Shown: one piece after another, positions 9,366-19,201 of the stretch
Numbering within the stretch: position 1 is the stretch's first letter
Layout of the letters: the number at the start of each line of letters is the position of its first letter
From: an uncultured Candidatus Binatia bacterium
Lineage (GTDB): Bacteria; Desulfobacterota; Binatia; UBA9968; JAJDTQ01
DNA: 64,000 nt
Direction of reading: 5' to 3'
NCBI GenBank assembly: GCA_965213675.1
Contig: OZ243916.1
Span: 2,048,001 to 2,112,000 of the forward strand
Translations under genes and position numbers: made by a program
The notes under the pieces: model-generated
What the model was told of the DNA's origin: nothing
What the model saw: only the letters and a program-made list of their open reading frames with translations
Database searches by the model: none

Positions 9366-10470
9366 GCATCTCAAGGAAGCCGACCGGGTCATGACCATCT
9401 GCAACGCCTGCCGCTATTGCGCGGGCTTCTGCGCGGTTTTCCCGGCCATGGAGCGGCGGCGCACTTTCGACACCAAGGACCTGGTCTACATGTCCAACCT
9501 GTGCTTCGAGTGCCGCGCCTGCTACTACGCCTGCCAGTACGCGCCGCCCCACGAGTTCGGGGTGAATGTGCCCCAGGCGCTGTCGCGGCTTCGGGCCGAC
9601 ACCTACGAGGACTACGCCTGGCCCCGGGTGCTCAAAGGCTTCTACAAGAACAACGCCTTCCTGGTGGGGCTCGTCACCACGGTGTGCATCGTGCTGGCCT
9701 TCGTGCTGACCCTGGTGTTTCAGGGCAGCACCACGCTGTTCTCCGCCCACCAGGGCTCCGGCGCGTTCTACGCGGTGGTGCCCTACGGCGCCATGGTATT
9801 CCCGGCCAGCGTGATGTTCTTCTACGCCATCTTCGCGCTGCTGGCGGGGTTCGTGAGCTTCTGGCGCCGCACCCGCGGCAGCCTCGCGGACCTGATCGAC
9901 GTGTCCGCTTTCGCCCGCGCCGTGAAGGAGGCCTTCGGCCTGCAGTACATGAAGGGCGGCGGCGACGGCTGCAACTACCCCGACGAGAAGTTCTCCAAGA
10001 GCCGCATGTGGCACCACCACTTGGTGTTCTACGGCTTCGCGCTGGACTTCGCCGCCACCACCGTCGCGGCCTTCTACCACCACTTCCTCCACTGGGATGC
10101 GCCCTACCCCTACCTGAGCCTGCCGGTGGTGTTCGGGACGGTGGGCGGCGTCATGATGTGCATCGGCACGGTGGGGCTCCTCTACCTCAAGTCCAAGAGC
10201 GACCTGGACCCGGCCGAGGAGAAGATGCTCAGCCTGGACAGAACCTTCCTCTGGATGCTCTTCCTGACGAGCTTCACCGGGCTCCTGCTGCTGGTGTTCC
10301 GGGAAACCGCGATGATGGGAACGCTGCTGGTGATCCACCTGGGCGTGGTGGCCGGGCTCTTCCTGACCATCCCCTACAGCAAGTTCGCCCACGCGGTGTA
10401 CCGCTACGCCGCGCTGATCCAGAACGCCATCGAGGTGCGGGAAGACGAGAGCAAGATCGTGCTGGGCTGA
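9352..10470 (+). CDS. tcuB: Tricarballylate utilization 4Fe-4S membrane protein
   Basis: ICNACRYCAGFCAVFPAM, LCFECRACYYACQYAPPHEF, multiple TM helices, PYSKFAH; overlaps tcuA. Confidence 0.93.
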   Translation: MPSSEHLKEADRVMTICNACRYCAGFCAVFPAMERRRTFDTKDLVYMSNLCFECRACYYACQYAPPHEFGVNVPQALSRLRADTYEDYAWPRVLKGFYKNNAFLVGLVTTVCIVLAFVLTLVFQGSTTLFSAHQGSGAFYAVVPYGAMVFPASVMFFYAIFALLAGFVSFWRRTRGSLADLIDVSAFARAVKEAFGLQYMKGGGDGCNYPDEKFSKSRMWHHHLVFYGFALDFAATTVAAFYHHFLHWDAPYPYLSLPVVFGTVGGVMMCIGTVGLLYLKSKSDLDPAEEKMLSLDRTFLWMLFLTSFTGLLLLVFRETAMMGTLLVIHLGVVAGLFLTIPYSKFAHAVYRYAALIQNAIEVREDESKIVLG

Positions 10471-10535
10471 CCGGGCGGACGACGTCGGTCCTCCCTGCGA
10501 GTTTCGGCCCAATCCCATTACCGCGGCCTTGGTGC

Positions 10536-10622
10536 GTCATTCCCGTCACATCGGTGTCGTGTCCGCTCCTCGTCTCCGGTCATTCCCGCGAAAGCTTGCC
10601 CTCGCCCCCGATCGGGGGCGGG
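10536..10622. repeat. dRS3-like palindromic repeat, long variant
   Basis: GTCATTCCCGCGAAAGCTTGCCCTCGCCCCCGATCGGGGGCGGG at 10579-10622, nearly identical to 56752-56795. Confidence 0.8.
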
Positions 10623-10705
10623 GAGGACGTTCCGGGAGAACGGGACGGTTGCGGAGAAGGCGCGTTGGGGACACCCGCCAGCGGACCAGGCGCCGGAGCT
10701 TGTGC

Positions 10706-11704
10706 TCAGTACGTGTCGAACATCCGCTGGATGGCGTCCGGGTCGTCGGTGACGCTGAGGGCCAGCGCCAGCAGCACCCGGGCCTTCCAGGGCTGGAGGT
10801 TGTCGGCGGTGACGACGCCGCGCTCGGCCAACTTCGGGCTGCGGGCCACCCTCCCCGAACCCACCCGGCTGCCGATGCACAGGACCACACCCTTTTCCCC
10901 GGCGCGCTCGAAAGCCTCGTCCTGAGCCGGCGTGGGGCGGCCCGCCCCGGTGGCGGCGCACACGATGCCCCTGGCCCCCGCGGCCACGCAGGCGTCGATC
11001 ACGGCGCCGTCCGCGCCCGCGTGCGAAACCACCACGTCCACCCGCGGCAACGACTCCATCCCCTGTACGTCGAACTCGGTGCCGGTGGTGTGCTGCTTGA
11101 CCGTCCGGTGATGGTAGCGCACCCGGCCGTCGGCGTCCGCGAAGCCCAGCGGTCCCAGGTCCCGTCCCTGGAACGCCTCCACGCGGTAGGTGGCGGTCTT
11201 GGTCAGGTCCCGGGCGCCGAAGATCCGGTCGTTCATCACCGCCAGCACGCCGTGTCCACGGGAAACCGGATCCGCCGCCACCCGCACGGCGTTGAGCAGG
11301 TTCAGGTAGCCGTCCGCGCCCAGCGCGGTCGCCGGGCGCATGGACCCCACCAGCACCACCGGCCGGTCGGTCTTGAGCACGAGGTTCAGGAAGTACGCGG
11401 TCTCCTCCAGCGTGTTGGTGCCGTGGGTGATGACCGCCCCGTCCGCCTCGTCCCGTTGGAAGATTCCGTGCAGCACCCCTGCCAGGTCGAGCCAGTCCCG
11501 GTCCACCAGCGCATGGCTCGGCAGCCGCCGGAACGGCACCTGCTCCACCTCGGCGATGGAGGCCAACTCGGGCACCGAGCCCACCAGCTCACCGTCGCCG
11601 AGCCGCTTGTTGTTCTCGATGTACCAGGCCAGGTCCAGGCGATCGGCGCCGACGGAATCGATGGTGCCTCCGGTGAGGATCAGGGCAATTCTGGGCGTGG
11701 CCAT
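10706..11704 (-). CDS. Asparaginase/glutaminase family protein
   Basis: TGGTI and ITHGTNTLEETAYF catalytic Thr motifs, VGSMRP. Confidence 0.92.
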   Translation of the reverse strand: MATPRIALILTGGTIDSVGADRLDLAWYIENNKRLGDGELVGSVPELASIAEVEQVPFRRLPSHALVDRDWLDLAGVLHGIFQRDEADGAVITHGTNTLEETAYFLNLVLKTDRPVVLVGSMRPATALGADGYLNLLNAVRVAADPVSRGHGVLAVMNDRIFGARDLTKTATYRVEAFQGRDLGPLGFADADGRVRYHHRTVKQHTTGTEFDVQGMESLPRVDVVVSHAGADGAVIDACVAAGARGIVCAATGAGRPTPAQDEAFERAGEKGVVLCIGSRVGSGRVARSPKLAERGVVTADNLQPWKARVLLALALSVTDDPDAIQRMFDTY

Positions 11705-11747
11705 CTCAATCCTTGAAAAACAGAAGTGTCAAAGCTAACTTTCCCGC

Positions 11748-12616
11748 GTGGAGTACCGGCAACGTCACCTCGAAGCCAGAATAGCGCGCCTGCGGCAAGC
11801 CGTGCCGGTGATCCTGGTGCTGGGGGCGCGACAGGCTGGCAAGAGCACGCTCCTGTCCCACTTGGCCCCGGACGCCCACCGTGTTGTATTCGACCCGGTC
11901 ATCGACGTCAACAACGCGCGAGAAGATCCTGAAGTGTTCCTCGACCAGTACCAGCCGCCGCTCATCCTCGACGAGGTTCAATACGTGCCGGACCTGCTTG
12001 GGGTCATCAAACGGCGTGTGGAAACCTGTTCGCCCGCTTTGTAGGCCTGTGTGCCGCCCACTCCGGCCAGGAGATCAATCACACCCAACTCGGGCGTGAG
12101 CTCGGCATCACGTACCACACGGCGCAGCGCTGGCTGGCCGTCCTGCGAGCGACCTTTCAGTGGCTTGAGGTCCCGGCGTATTCCGGCCATCCCACCAAAC
12201 GAATCTCCAAGCGCCCCAAGGGCTACTTTGCCGACACCGGACTGGCGGCATGGACTCAGCGCATTTCCAGCCCAACGGCGCTGATGTCCAATCCGATCCA
12301 GGGCGCGCTGTTCGAGACCCATGTCGTCCTGGACCTGCTCAAGCAGACGCAGACCATGAGCCATCCGCCGGCCGCCCATCACTGGCGCGCACACTCCGGC
12401 AGCGAGGTGGACCTGCTACTCGAGAGGGACGGAATGTTCGTCGCCGTGGAAGCAAAGAGCAGCGCGCGCGTCACGCGCGCGGACACCAGCGGCATACGAA
12501 CGTTCCGGGAGACGTATCCTCGTCTCAAGCACGGCATCGGAGTGGTGGTGGCCGGGGTGCGTGAGACCGCACTGGTGGCCGACGACATCATCGCCGTCCC
12601 CTACGACATGGCCTGA
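11748..12616 (+). pseudogene. AAA ATPase with DUF4143 C-terminus, internally deleted and frameshifted
   Basis: GARQAGKST and ILDEVQ in 11748-12044; a second frame from about 12040 reads GQEINHTQLGRELG...KRPKGYFADTGL...GALFETHV...EVDLLL...VEAK; the central segment is missing. Confidence 0.8.
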
Positions 12617-12659
12617 AACCTGCGAGACGAGACAGGAGCCTCGGTCAGCGTCATCCATT

Positions 12660-14587
12660 TCACGGGGACCGCCGGGGCAGCCGTAGCCGCACCACGATCG
12701 GGTCATGGTCGCTGGCCCGGGCCGCGGTCTCGGCGAACTCGGCGTTGACGTGAACGATGTCCACCTCGGTCGCCGCCCTCAATGGCGGACTCACCAGGAT
12801 GTGGTCCAGGGACTGGGCGTTGCCCTCGAAGATGTAGCTGTAGCGCTCGTTGGCCGGGAGATCGTTGGTGAGGTTGTGGAGGCGTTCTTCGAGGATCTTC
12901 AGCGGGGACACGAACTGGAATTCGTTGAAGTCGCCGACCACGACGATATGTGCGTCCAAGCGCGCGGCCAGCTTGCGCGCCGCGAAATCGCGGACGGCGC
13001 GCGCTTGCCTCCGGCGGCGCTCCACCGCGCCGTTGACGGCAGGATCCTCCTGCCGTTCCGTGAAGGGCTGCACCTGCCCGAACAGCGGAGCGCTGCCGCG
13101 CTTGGAATTGAAGTGGTTGTTAACCACGGTCACGGCCGCGCCGCCCGGCGCCCGGGACCGGAACGAGGCCGCCAGCGGCAATCGCCCGTTGAAGAACGGG
13201 TTCCGCGGGTTGGTGCGCTGGTCCGCCGGGTCCGTGACCGTGGCCACCGAGCCGGGAACGAGTTCCACCCGCGCGGGGTTGTAGAGAAAGGCCACGCGGA
13301 TGTTGCCGCCGGGCTGGCCGCCGCTGGTGTCGTCGCCGATGAACCGATGGTCGATGAAACGGTAGCGCACCCGCGCCACAGCGGCGATGCGCTCCACGAG
13401 CAGCCGCAGCGTGGCGCTGGCGGACCTGACCCCCGTCTTGGCCGTGCCGTCGTTGTCCTGGACCTCCTGGAGCGCGACGATGTCGGGATGGCGCAGGTTG
13501 CGGGCGATGATGGACGCCACGGCGTCGAAACGGCCGCTGGCCACATCGGTGTCGCCGTCGGCGTCGTTGGGATCGAGATTGAGCACGTTGAAGGTGGCGA
13601 TGGTGAGGTGATCGTCGCCGGCCCGCAACGGAGTGGTCTCGGGCTTCAGCCCGCCGCGCGCAGGCCTGAACTTTTCGGTGAAACGCACCTCGTAGTTGCC
13701 GAAGCCGTAACTCATGACGCCGGTGACGTCGCCCAGGGAATCGCCCACCTGAACGTGCGGCGTGGCCATGGGGCTCAAGCCGAAGTCGTCGTCGATCTGA
13801 ATGCGTTCGGGGTTGAAGTCATCCGGGCGTAACGTGAGGGCGCCGCGCTCACTCAGGCCCGAAGGCGCCGTGCCGCGGGCGCGCACGAAGATCTCGCCGA
13901 ACCGGCTCGCGGGGCTCACGGCCACCGCATCCTTGACGGTGACGCGCATGCCTTCGAGGGTTTCGTAGAAGTCGATGCCGTCTTCTCCCGGGTCGAATGC
14001 GCCGAATCCGTCGTTGTCGATGACCCGGCCGGGCGGAACCCTGCCTCCGGATCCCAGCGCCACAGGCGCGGGAAGGCGATGGCCGCGGGACAGGCGTGTG
14101 AGCCGCGGGCGCGTGATCTGCGTGATGGTGAGGTTTCGGGTGGACGGCCCGCCGGGCTGGAACTCCGTGACCACACCGCGCACACGCAGCCTGTCGCCCG
14201 CGGCGGCGGCCGGCGCCCCTCGCGTAAAGACGAAAATGCCGTCCGAGGTTTCGGGGTCGCCGTCTCCCGCCGGATCCTGCAGGTAGAAGCCATCCGTATC
14301 CACGGCGGTCACGATGCCGCTGGTGGTCACCTGTCGCCCACGAAGGGGAGAAATATGGCCGCGTCCCTGGACCCGCCCGATGCGGCTCTCGCCCGCCGCC
14401 TGCGCCACGCGCAAATCCCTGGCCGAACCCGCCTCGCCTGACGGATCGGAACCCTTCGCGGCGTGCGCCGCAGGCGTGGCGGTGGCTGCAGCGTTACCAA
14501 GAACAGCGTGCCAAAAAACAACGTCCCCACCGCCGCAAGCCACCGCGGCAGCCCAACCAGAACCGAACGTGTCACTCGCCGTGCCAT
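12660..14587 (-). CDS. ExeM/NucH-like extracellular endonuclease/exonuclease/phosphatase (possible 5' frameshift)
   Basis: OB-fold GFYLQD...SDGIFVF, ATFNVLN, ALQEVQD, VGDFN, LDHILVS, SDHDP; signal-peptide-like N-terminus from 14587 lies in another frame. Confidence 0.85.
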
Positions 14588-14746
14588 GCCGAGATCGTGT
14601 AACAGGGAGGAGGGTGAGCCTCAAACCCGGCTTCGCCGCCGTGCTTCCCGGCCGATTGTTGCCTGTTCGCTGTCCCGGCAGTATGCTGCCAACTTGAGTT
14701 CAAGCCGGAAATGGTGCCGCGCCCCTTTTGGAAAGGAGAGATCGTC

Positions 14747-15562
14747 ATGTCGGTGATCATGATCTACGAAGGTATCCATGGAGCGGAGGAAGTCGCCAAC
14801 CGGGTCGCGAAGTCCCTCGACTACAAGTGCGTGGGACGACGGGATCTGGCGGCCACCCTGCCGAATTACGGCGTGCCGCGCGCCAAGCTGGACGACATCA
14901 CGGAGAAGGAGCCGCACTGGTGGGAGCAGTGGCTGCAGGACTTGCGGCCCTATCGCATCGCACTTCAGGCCGCCATGTGCGAGATGGCTCAAGGCGGCCC
15001 CATGGTCTATCACGGCCACGTGGGCCACGAACTCCTTCCCGGGGTATCCCATGTGCTCAAGGTGTTCGTGACGGGCTCCATGGAGCTGCGCATCGACACG
15101 CTCCGTTCACGCCTGGAAGTCGACGAAGGCACCATTCGCAAGCAACTCGAGTACACCGACCGGGCTCGCAGCCGCCGGCTCCAGTCCCTGTTCGGCCACG
15201 ACTGGCAGGACCCGACCCGCTACCACCTCGTGCTGAATCTGGCCATGGGCGTGGACGCAGCCAGCGAGGTCATCGCCAGCACGGCGCGCCTCCGGGCGTT
15301 TGCCAAAACCGCCGTCTCCACCCTGGCCTTCAACGACCTGGCGCTGGCCAGGAAGACCCAGGCGGTCCTGCTGCAGTCGGACCTGTACCGCGGCCTGCCC
15401 ATCGACGTAAAGGCGTGCGAGGGAACGGTGACGGTGTCCGGAATGGTGCCCTCGCCGATCACCGTGGACGGCGTGGTGGCCGCCATCAAGGCCATCCCGG
15501 ACGTCGAGCATGTGACGGCAAATCTCGTGGTGGTGCCGCGAAGCCATTCCGATATCGATTAG
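14747..15562 (+). CDS. Cytidylate-kinase-like family protein with C-terminal BON domain
   Basis: VYHGHVGHELLPGVSHVLKVFV, DWQDPTRYHLVLN; C-terminal IDVKACEGTVTVSG...IPDVEHV BON pattern; GGAGAG before ATG 14747. Confidence 0.8.
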   Translation: MSVIMIYEGIHGAEEVANRVAKSLDYKCVGRRDLAATLPNYGVPRAKLDDITEKEPHWWEQWLQDLRPYRIALQAAMCEMAQGGPMVYHGHVGHELLPGVSHVLKVFVTGSMELRIDTLRSRLEVDEGTIRKQLEYTDRARSRRLQSLFGHDWQDPTRYHLVLNLAMGVDAASEVIASTARLRAFAKTAVSTLAFNDLALARKTQAVLLQSDLYRGLPIDVKACEGTVTVSGMVPSPITVDGVVAAIKAIPDVEHVTANLVVVPRSHSDID

Positions 15563-15609
15563 CCGGTCCCTCCGGAAGGGCTCCGGAGTGCCCGGCGGCC
15601 ACGGGAACC

Positions 15610-18354
15610 ATGAACGAAATCGCGATCCAATTCGAGCTGAACGGCGAGACACGCCGGGCCAGCGTGGCTCCGGAACGCTTGCTGGCGGACTTTCTGCGCC
15701 GCGACCTCGGGCTCAAGGGAACCAAAACGAGTTGCGAGGTAGAGGTGTGCGGCTCCTGCACGGTGCTGCTGGACGGCCGCCCGGTGAGCGCCTGCACGAC
15801 CCTGGCCCACGAGGTGGGCGGCCGCGCGCTCACCACCATCGAGGGGCTCGGCAACGGCGACGCGCTGGACCCGGTGCAGGAGGCGTTCTGGGAAGAAGGC
15901 GGCTTCGAGTGCGGCTTCTGCACGCCGGGCATGATCCTTGCCGCCCGCGCCCTGCTGGACGAGAACCCCGAACCCTCGGAAGAGGACATCAAGGCGGCGC
16001 TGGACGGCAACATCTGCCGATGCACCGGCTATCGCTCCATCATCCGGTCGGTGGACCGGGCCGCGGCGCGGCTGCGCGGGCACGATGCACCGTGCCCGAG
16101 GCCCCTCGAGGAGCGCCGCCTGGACGGCGCCGCCAAGGTCCGCGGCGAACCGGTGTACACCGCCGACCTGACGTATCCGGGCATGCTCTACGGGCGGATC
16201 CTGCGCAGTCCCCACGCCCATGCGCGCATCCTCGGCATCGACACGTCGGCGGCCGAGGCCCATCCCGGCGTGGCGGCGGTGCTGACCGTGGCGGACCTGG
16301 GGGACATCGCGCACTACCACGGTCCCTTGGTGAAGGACACCCCCGTGCTGGCCACGGACAAGGTGCGCTACGAGGGCGACGCGGTGGCCGCGGTGGCCGC
16401 CGAGACCCTGGAGGCGGCCACCGCGGCGCTGGCCCTCATCCGCGTGGCGTACGAACCCCTGCCGGCGCTGATGACCATGGACGAGGCGCTGGCGCCGGAT
16501 GCCCCGGCCATCCACGAGTCCGTCAGCGACGACGTCCCGAGCTTTCCCGGGTATCCCCGCGTCGACGACGAGGCCAGGAAGTATGCCAACGTAAGCTTCC
16601 ACTACGAGCGCGGCAGGGGCGATGCCGACGAAGGGTTCGCCGCCTCGGAGCGCGTCTTCGACCACACCTTCGATTTCCCAAAGATCGCCCACTACTCCAT
16701 GGAGCCGCAGCTCGCCGTGGCCGAGTGGCGCGCGGACGGGTTCACCGTCTGGGCATCCACCCAGCATCCGTTCATCGTGCGCGACGAACTGGCCGAGATG
16801 TTCGGCGTGCCGCGGGAGCGCGCGCGGGTGGTGGTGCCGCTGGTGGGGGGCACCTACGGCAACAAGAACCACACCAAGCTCGAGCCCTTGGCGCTGGCGC
16901 TGGCCCGCAAGGCGGGACGGCGGGTGTTCCTGCACCTGTCGCTGGAAGAGGAGTCGCGCACCGTGAGCAAGCCGGCCGCGCGCGTGCGGCTGCGCACCGG
17001 CGTGGACCGGAACGGCAAGCTGGTGGCGCGGGACTGCCTCGTGCACGTGGACGGCGGCGCCTACTCGGACTCCGGCCCCCGAGTGACCCAGAAGGCGGGC
17101 TACCGGGCGCCCGGCCCGTACCGCATCCCGCACCTGCGGTCCCACGCCTACACCGTCTACACCAACACGGTGCCGGCGGGCGCGTTCCGCGGCATGGGCA
17201 CGCCCCAGGTGGTGTGGGCCTACGAATCGCAGATGGACATGATCGCCCGGGAGATGGGCTGGGATCCGGTGGAGTTCCGGCTCAAGAACCTGCTCGACAA
17301 GGGCGAGGAGTTCGCCCCCGGCGAGACCCCCCTGGACACCGACCTCAAGGAAGGACTCCTGCGCGCCGCCAGGGAGGTCGGCTGGGGCGAGGCGCTGGAG
17401 CCGGACTGCGGCATCGGCGTCAGTTGCGGCTGCAAGGACGGCGGCGGCAACTTCAAGATCTCGTCCGCGCGGGTGGAGGTGGACGACGGCGGCGGCCTCA
17501 CCCTGCACGAGGGCACCATCGAGATCGGCCAGGGCTCCCACACCGCCCTGGCGCGCATCGCCGCGCGGGAGCTCGGCGTGCCGCCCACCGCCGTCCGGGT
17601 GGCGCCCCAGGACACGGACTCCACCCCCTTCGACATGGGCACCTACGCCAGCAGCGCCACCACGGTCATGGGGCTCGCGGTACAGAAGGCCGCCCGGGCC
17701 GCGCGCGAACAACTCGTGGAGGCCGCGCGGGAGCTGAGCAAGAGCGCCGGCGCAGCCGCGACTCTGGCCAACGGCGAGGTGCGCCTGGCGGAGATCGCCT
17801 TTCCCTTTGCCGCCCTGGTGCGGCACGTCAAGGGCGCCGGCGGGGTCATCACCGGCGAAGGCCGGCAGGAGAGCGAACGTGACCCCAACGCCCCGCTGGG
17901 CGCCAAGGCGCCGTTCTGGGAGGTCGGTTGGGGCGCCGCCAGGGTCCGCGTGGACCGGGACACCGGCGCCGTGCGCGTGCTCAAGTACGTCGGCATCGCC
18001 GACGCCGGCAAGGCCATCAATCCCCAGGTTTGCCAGACCCAGGAGCAGGGCGCGTTTCTGCAGGGACTCGGGCAGGCGCTGTTCGAGGAGACCGTGTACG
18101 AGAACGGCCTGATGCTCACTCCCGACGCCCTTACCTACCGCCTGCCGAAGATCTCCGACCTGCCAGACGAGCACGTGAACATCCTCTTCGAGAACGGCAA
18201 CGGCGCCGGCCCCTACGGCGCCAAGGGGCTGGGCGAAAGCGGCATCCTTCCTGTGCCGTCGGCCATCGCCAACGCCGTGGATCACGCCGTGGGCGTGCGC
18301 ATTACCGATTTGCCGATCACGGGTGAGAAGGTCTGGCGGGCGCTGAACAAGTGA
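15610..18354 (+). CDS. Xanthine-oxidase-family molybdoenzyme, (2Fe-2S) domain fused to Mo-binding domain
   Basis: SCEVEVCGSCTVL, ECGFCTPG, NICRCTGY, then LRSPHAHA, GAFRGMG, GAKGLGE in one frame; likely start ATG 15610. Confidence 0.92.
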   Translation: MNEIAIQFELNGETRRASVAPERLLADFLRRDLGLKGTKTSCEVEVCGSCTVLLDGRPVSACTTLAHEVGGRALTTIEGLGNGDALDPVQEAFWEEGGFECGFCTPGMILAARALLDENPEPSEEDIKAALDGNICRCTGYRSIIRSVDRAAARLRGHDAPCPRPLEERRLDGAAKVRGEPVYTADLTYPGMLYGRILRSPHAHARILGIDTSAAEAHPGVAAVLTVADLGDIAHYHGPLVKDTPVLATDKVRYEGDAVAAVAAETLEAATAALALIRVAYEPLPALMTMDEALAPDAPAIHESVSDDVPSFPGYPRVDDEARKYANVSFHYERGRGDADEGFAASERVFDHTFDFPKIAHYSMEPQLAVAEWRADGFTVWASTQHPFIVRDELAEMFGVPRERARVVVPLVGGTYGNKNHTKLEPLALALARKAGRRVFLHLSLEEESRTVSKPAARVRLRTGVDRNGKLVARDCLVHVDGGAYSDSGPRVTQKAGYRAPGPYRIPHLRSHAYTVYTNTVPAGAFRGMGTPQVVWAYESQMDMIAREMGWDPVEFRLKNLLDKGEEFAPGETPLDTDLKEGLLRAAREVGWGEALEPDCGIGVSCGCKDGGGNFKISSARVEVDDGGGLTLHEGTIEIGQGSHTALARIAARELGVPPTAVRVAPQDTDSTPFDMGTYASSATTVMGLAVQKAARAAREQLVEAARELSKSAGAAATLANGEVRLAEIAFPFAALVRHVKGAGGVITGEGRQESERDPNAPLGAKAPFWEVGWGAARVRVDRDTGAVRVLKYVGIADAGKAINPQVCQTQEQGAFLQGLGQALFEETVYENGLMLTPDALTYRLPKISDLPDEHVNILFENGNGAGPYGAKGLGESGILPVPSAIANAVDHAVGVRITDLPITGEKVWRALNK

Positions 18355-18412
18355 CGTCAGGCCAGAAGGCCGAAGCCCCGGCAATGGCCGCCGGTGTGCC
18401 CGTCGAGACAAC

Positions 18413-19177
18413 GTGAGCGAACAGCCGCCCAGGGACCGCTTCTACTTCAAGCTCTTTGAGACTCTCGACGAGCCCGGTTGTCCCATCTGCACCATCGTGC
18501 TCCGGGACAGCCGCGCCTACCTCGACAGCGTCTTCTACGAACGCATCACCGACGTGCCCACCCGCATGGGCCTGCGCGACTCCCTTGGTCTGTGCAACCT
18601 GCACACCTGGCTGCTGCGCGACCTCCCTGGCTCCAGCGCGCCGGACCTGGGCTTCGCCATCATCGCCAAGGATCTGCTGAGCCGCTTCCAGCGCATGGCC
18701 GTGGAGTCTGGCACTCCACGGCGGCGCTCCCTGCGGGTTTGGTTCACGCGCGCCCGCTCCCGGCTGCGCGCCAGGCTGAAACGCAATCCCTGCCCCGCCT
18801 GCGTGTACGCCGCGCGCTCCGAGTCCGTGCACCTGCGGCAACTGCTGGACCGGCTGGGCGAAACCGCGTTCTTCGAGAAATACCGCCGCTCCGCCGGCAT
18901 ATGCCTGCCCCACTTCCTCATGGCCGAGGAAAGCCACCCGGACCACGCTCATCTCCCGCGGCTCCGCGAACAGCAGATCCGCGACGCCGGGTTCCTGCAC
19001 GACACCCTCGACCGCTTCATCGAGAAACACGACCACCGCGCAAAGGACGAGATCACCCCCGCGGAAGCCAAGGCCTGGATCGATGCCGTGGCATTCCTGA
19101 GCGGGAAGCGCGGCGTGTTCGACAGCGAAATGCGCAGGCCGACTCGGTGGGGACCGCTACGGATATTCAAGCGCTAG
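18413..19177 (+). CDS. DUF6062-like protein with duplicated CPxC...CxxH motifs
   Basis: GCPIC...GLCNLH and CPAC...GICLPH, C-terminal FIEKHDHR...AW..AV.FLSG. Confidence 0.7.
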   Translation: MSEQPPRDRFYFKLFETLDEPGCPICTIVLRDSRAYLDSVFYERITDVPTRMGLRDSLGLCNLHTWLLRDLPGSSAPDLGFAIIAKDLLSRFQRMAVESGTPRRRSLRVWFTRARSRLRARLKRNPCPACVYAARSESVHLRQLLDRLGETAFFEKYRRSAGICLPHFLMAEESHPDHAHLPRLREQQIRDAGFLHDTLDRFIEKHDHRAKDEITPAEAKAWIDAVAFLSGKRGVFDSEMRRPTRWGPLRIFKR

Positions 19178-19201
19178 TGTGCTTGCTGGAGCGCCTGGCT
19201 G

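Noticed and set aside
14728-15609. 1208-aa version of the molybdoenzyme
   Set aside because: The extension is Arg/Gly/Pro-rich shadow sequence overlapping the CMK-like gene; recognisable protein starts at 15610
15559-18411. Long antisense ORFs (950 aa here; also 29889-32318, 37536-39779, 55995-58124)
   Set aside because: Mirror frames of high-GC genes, no recognisable motifs
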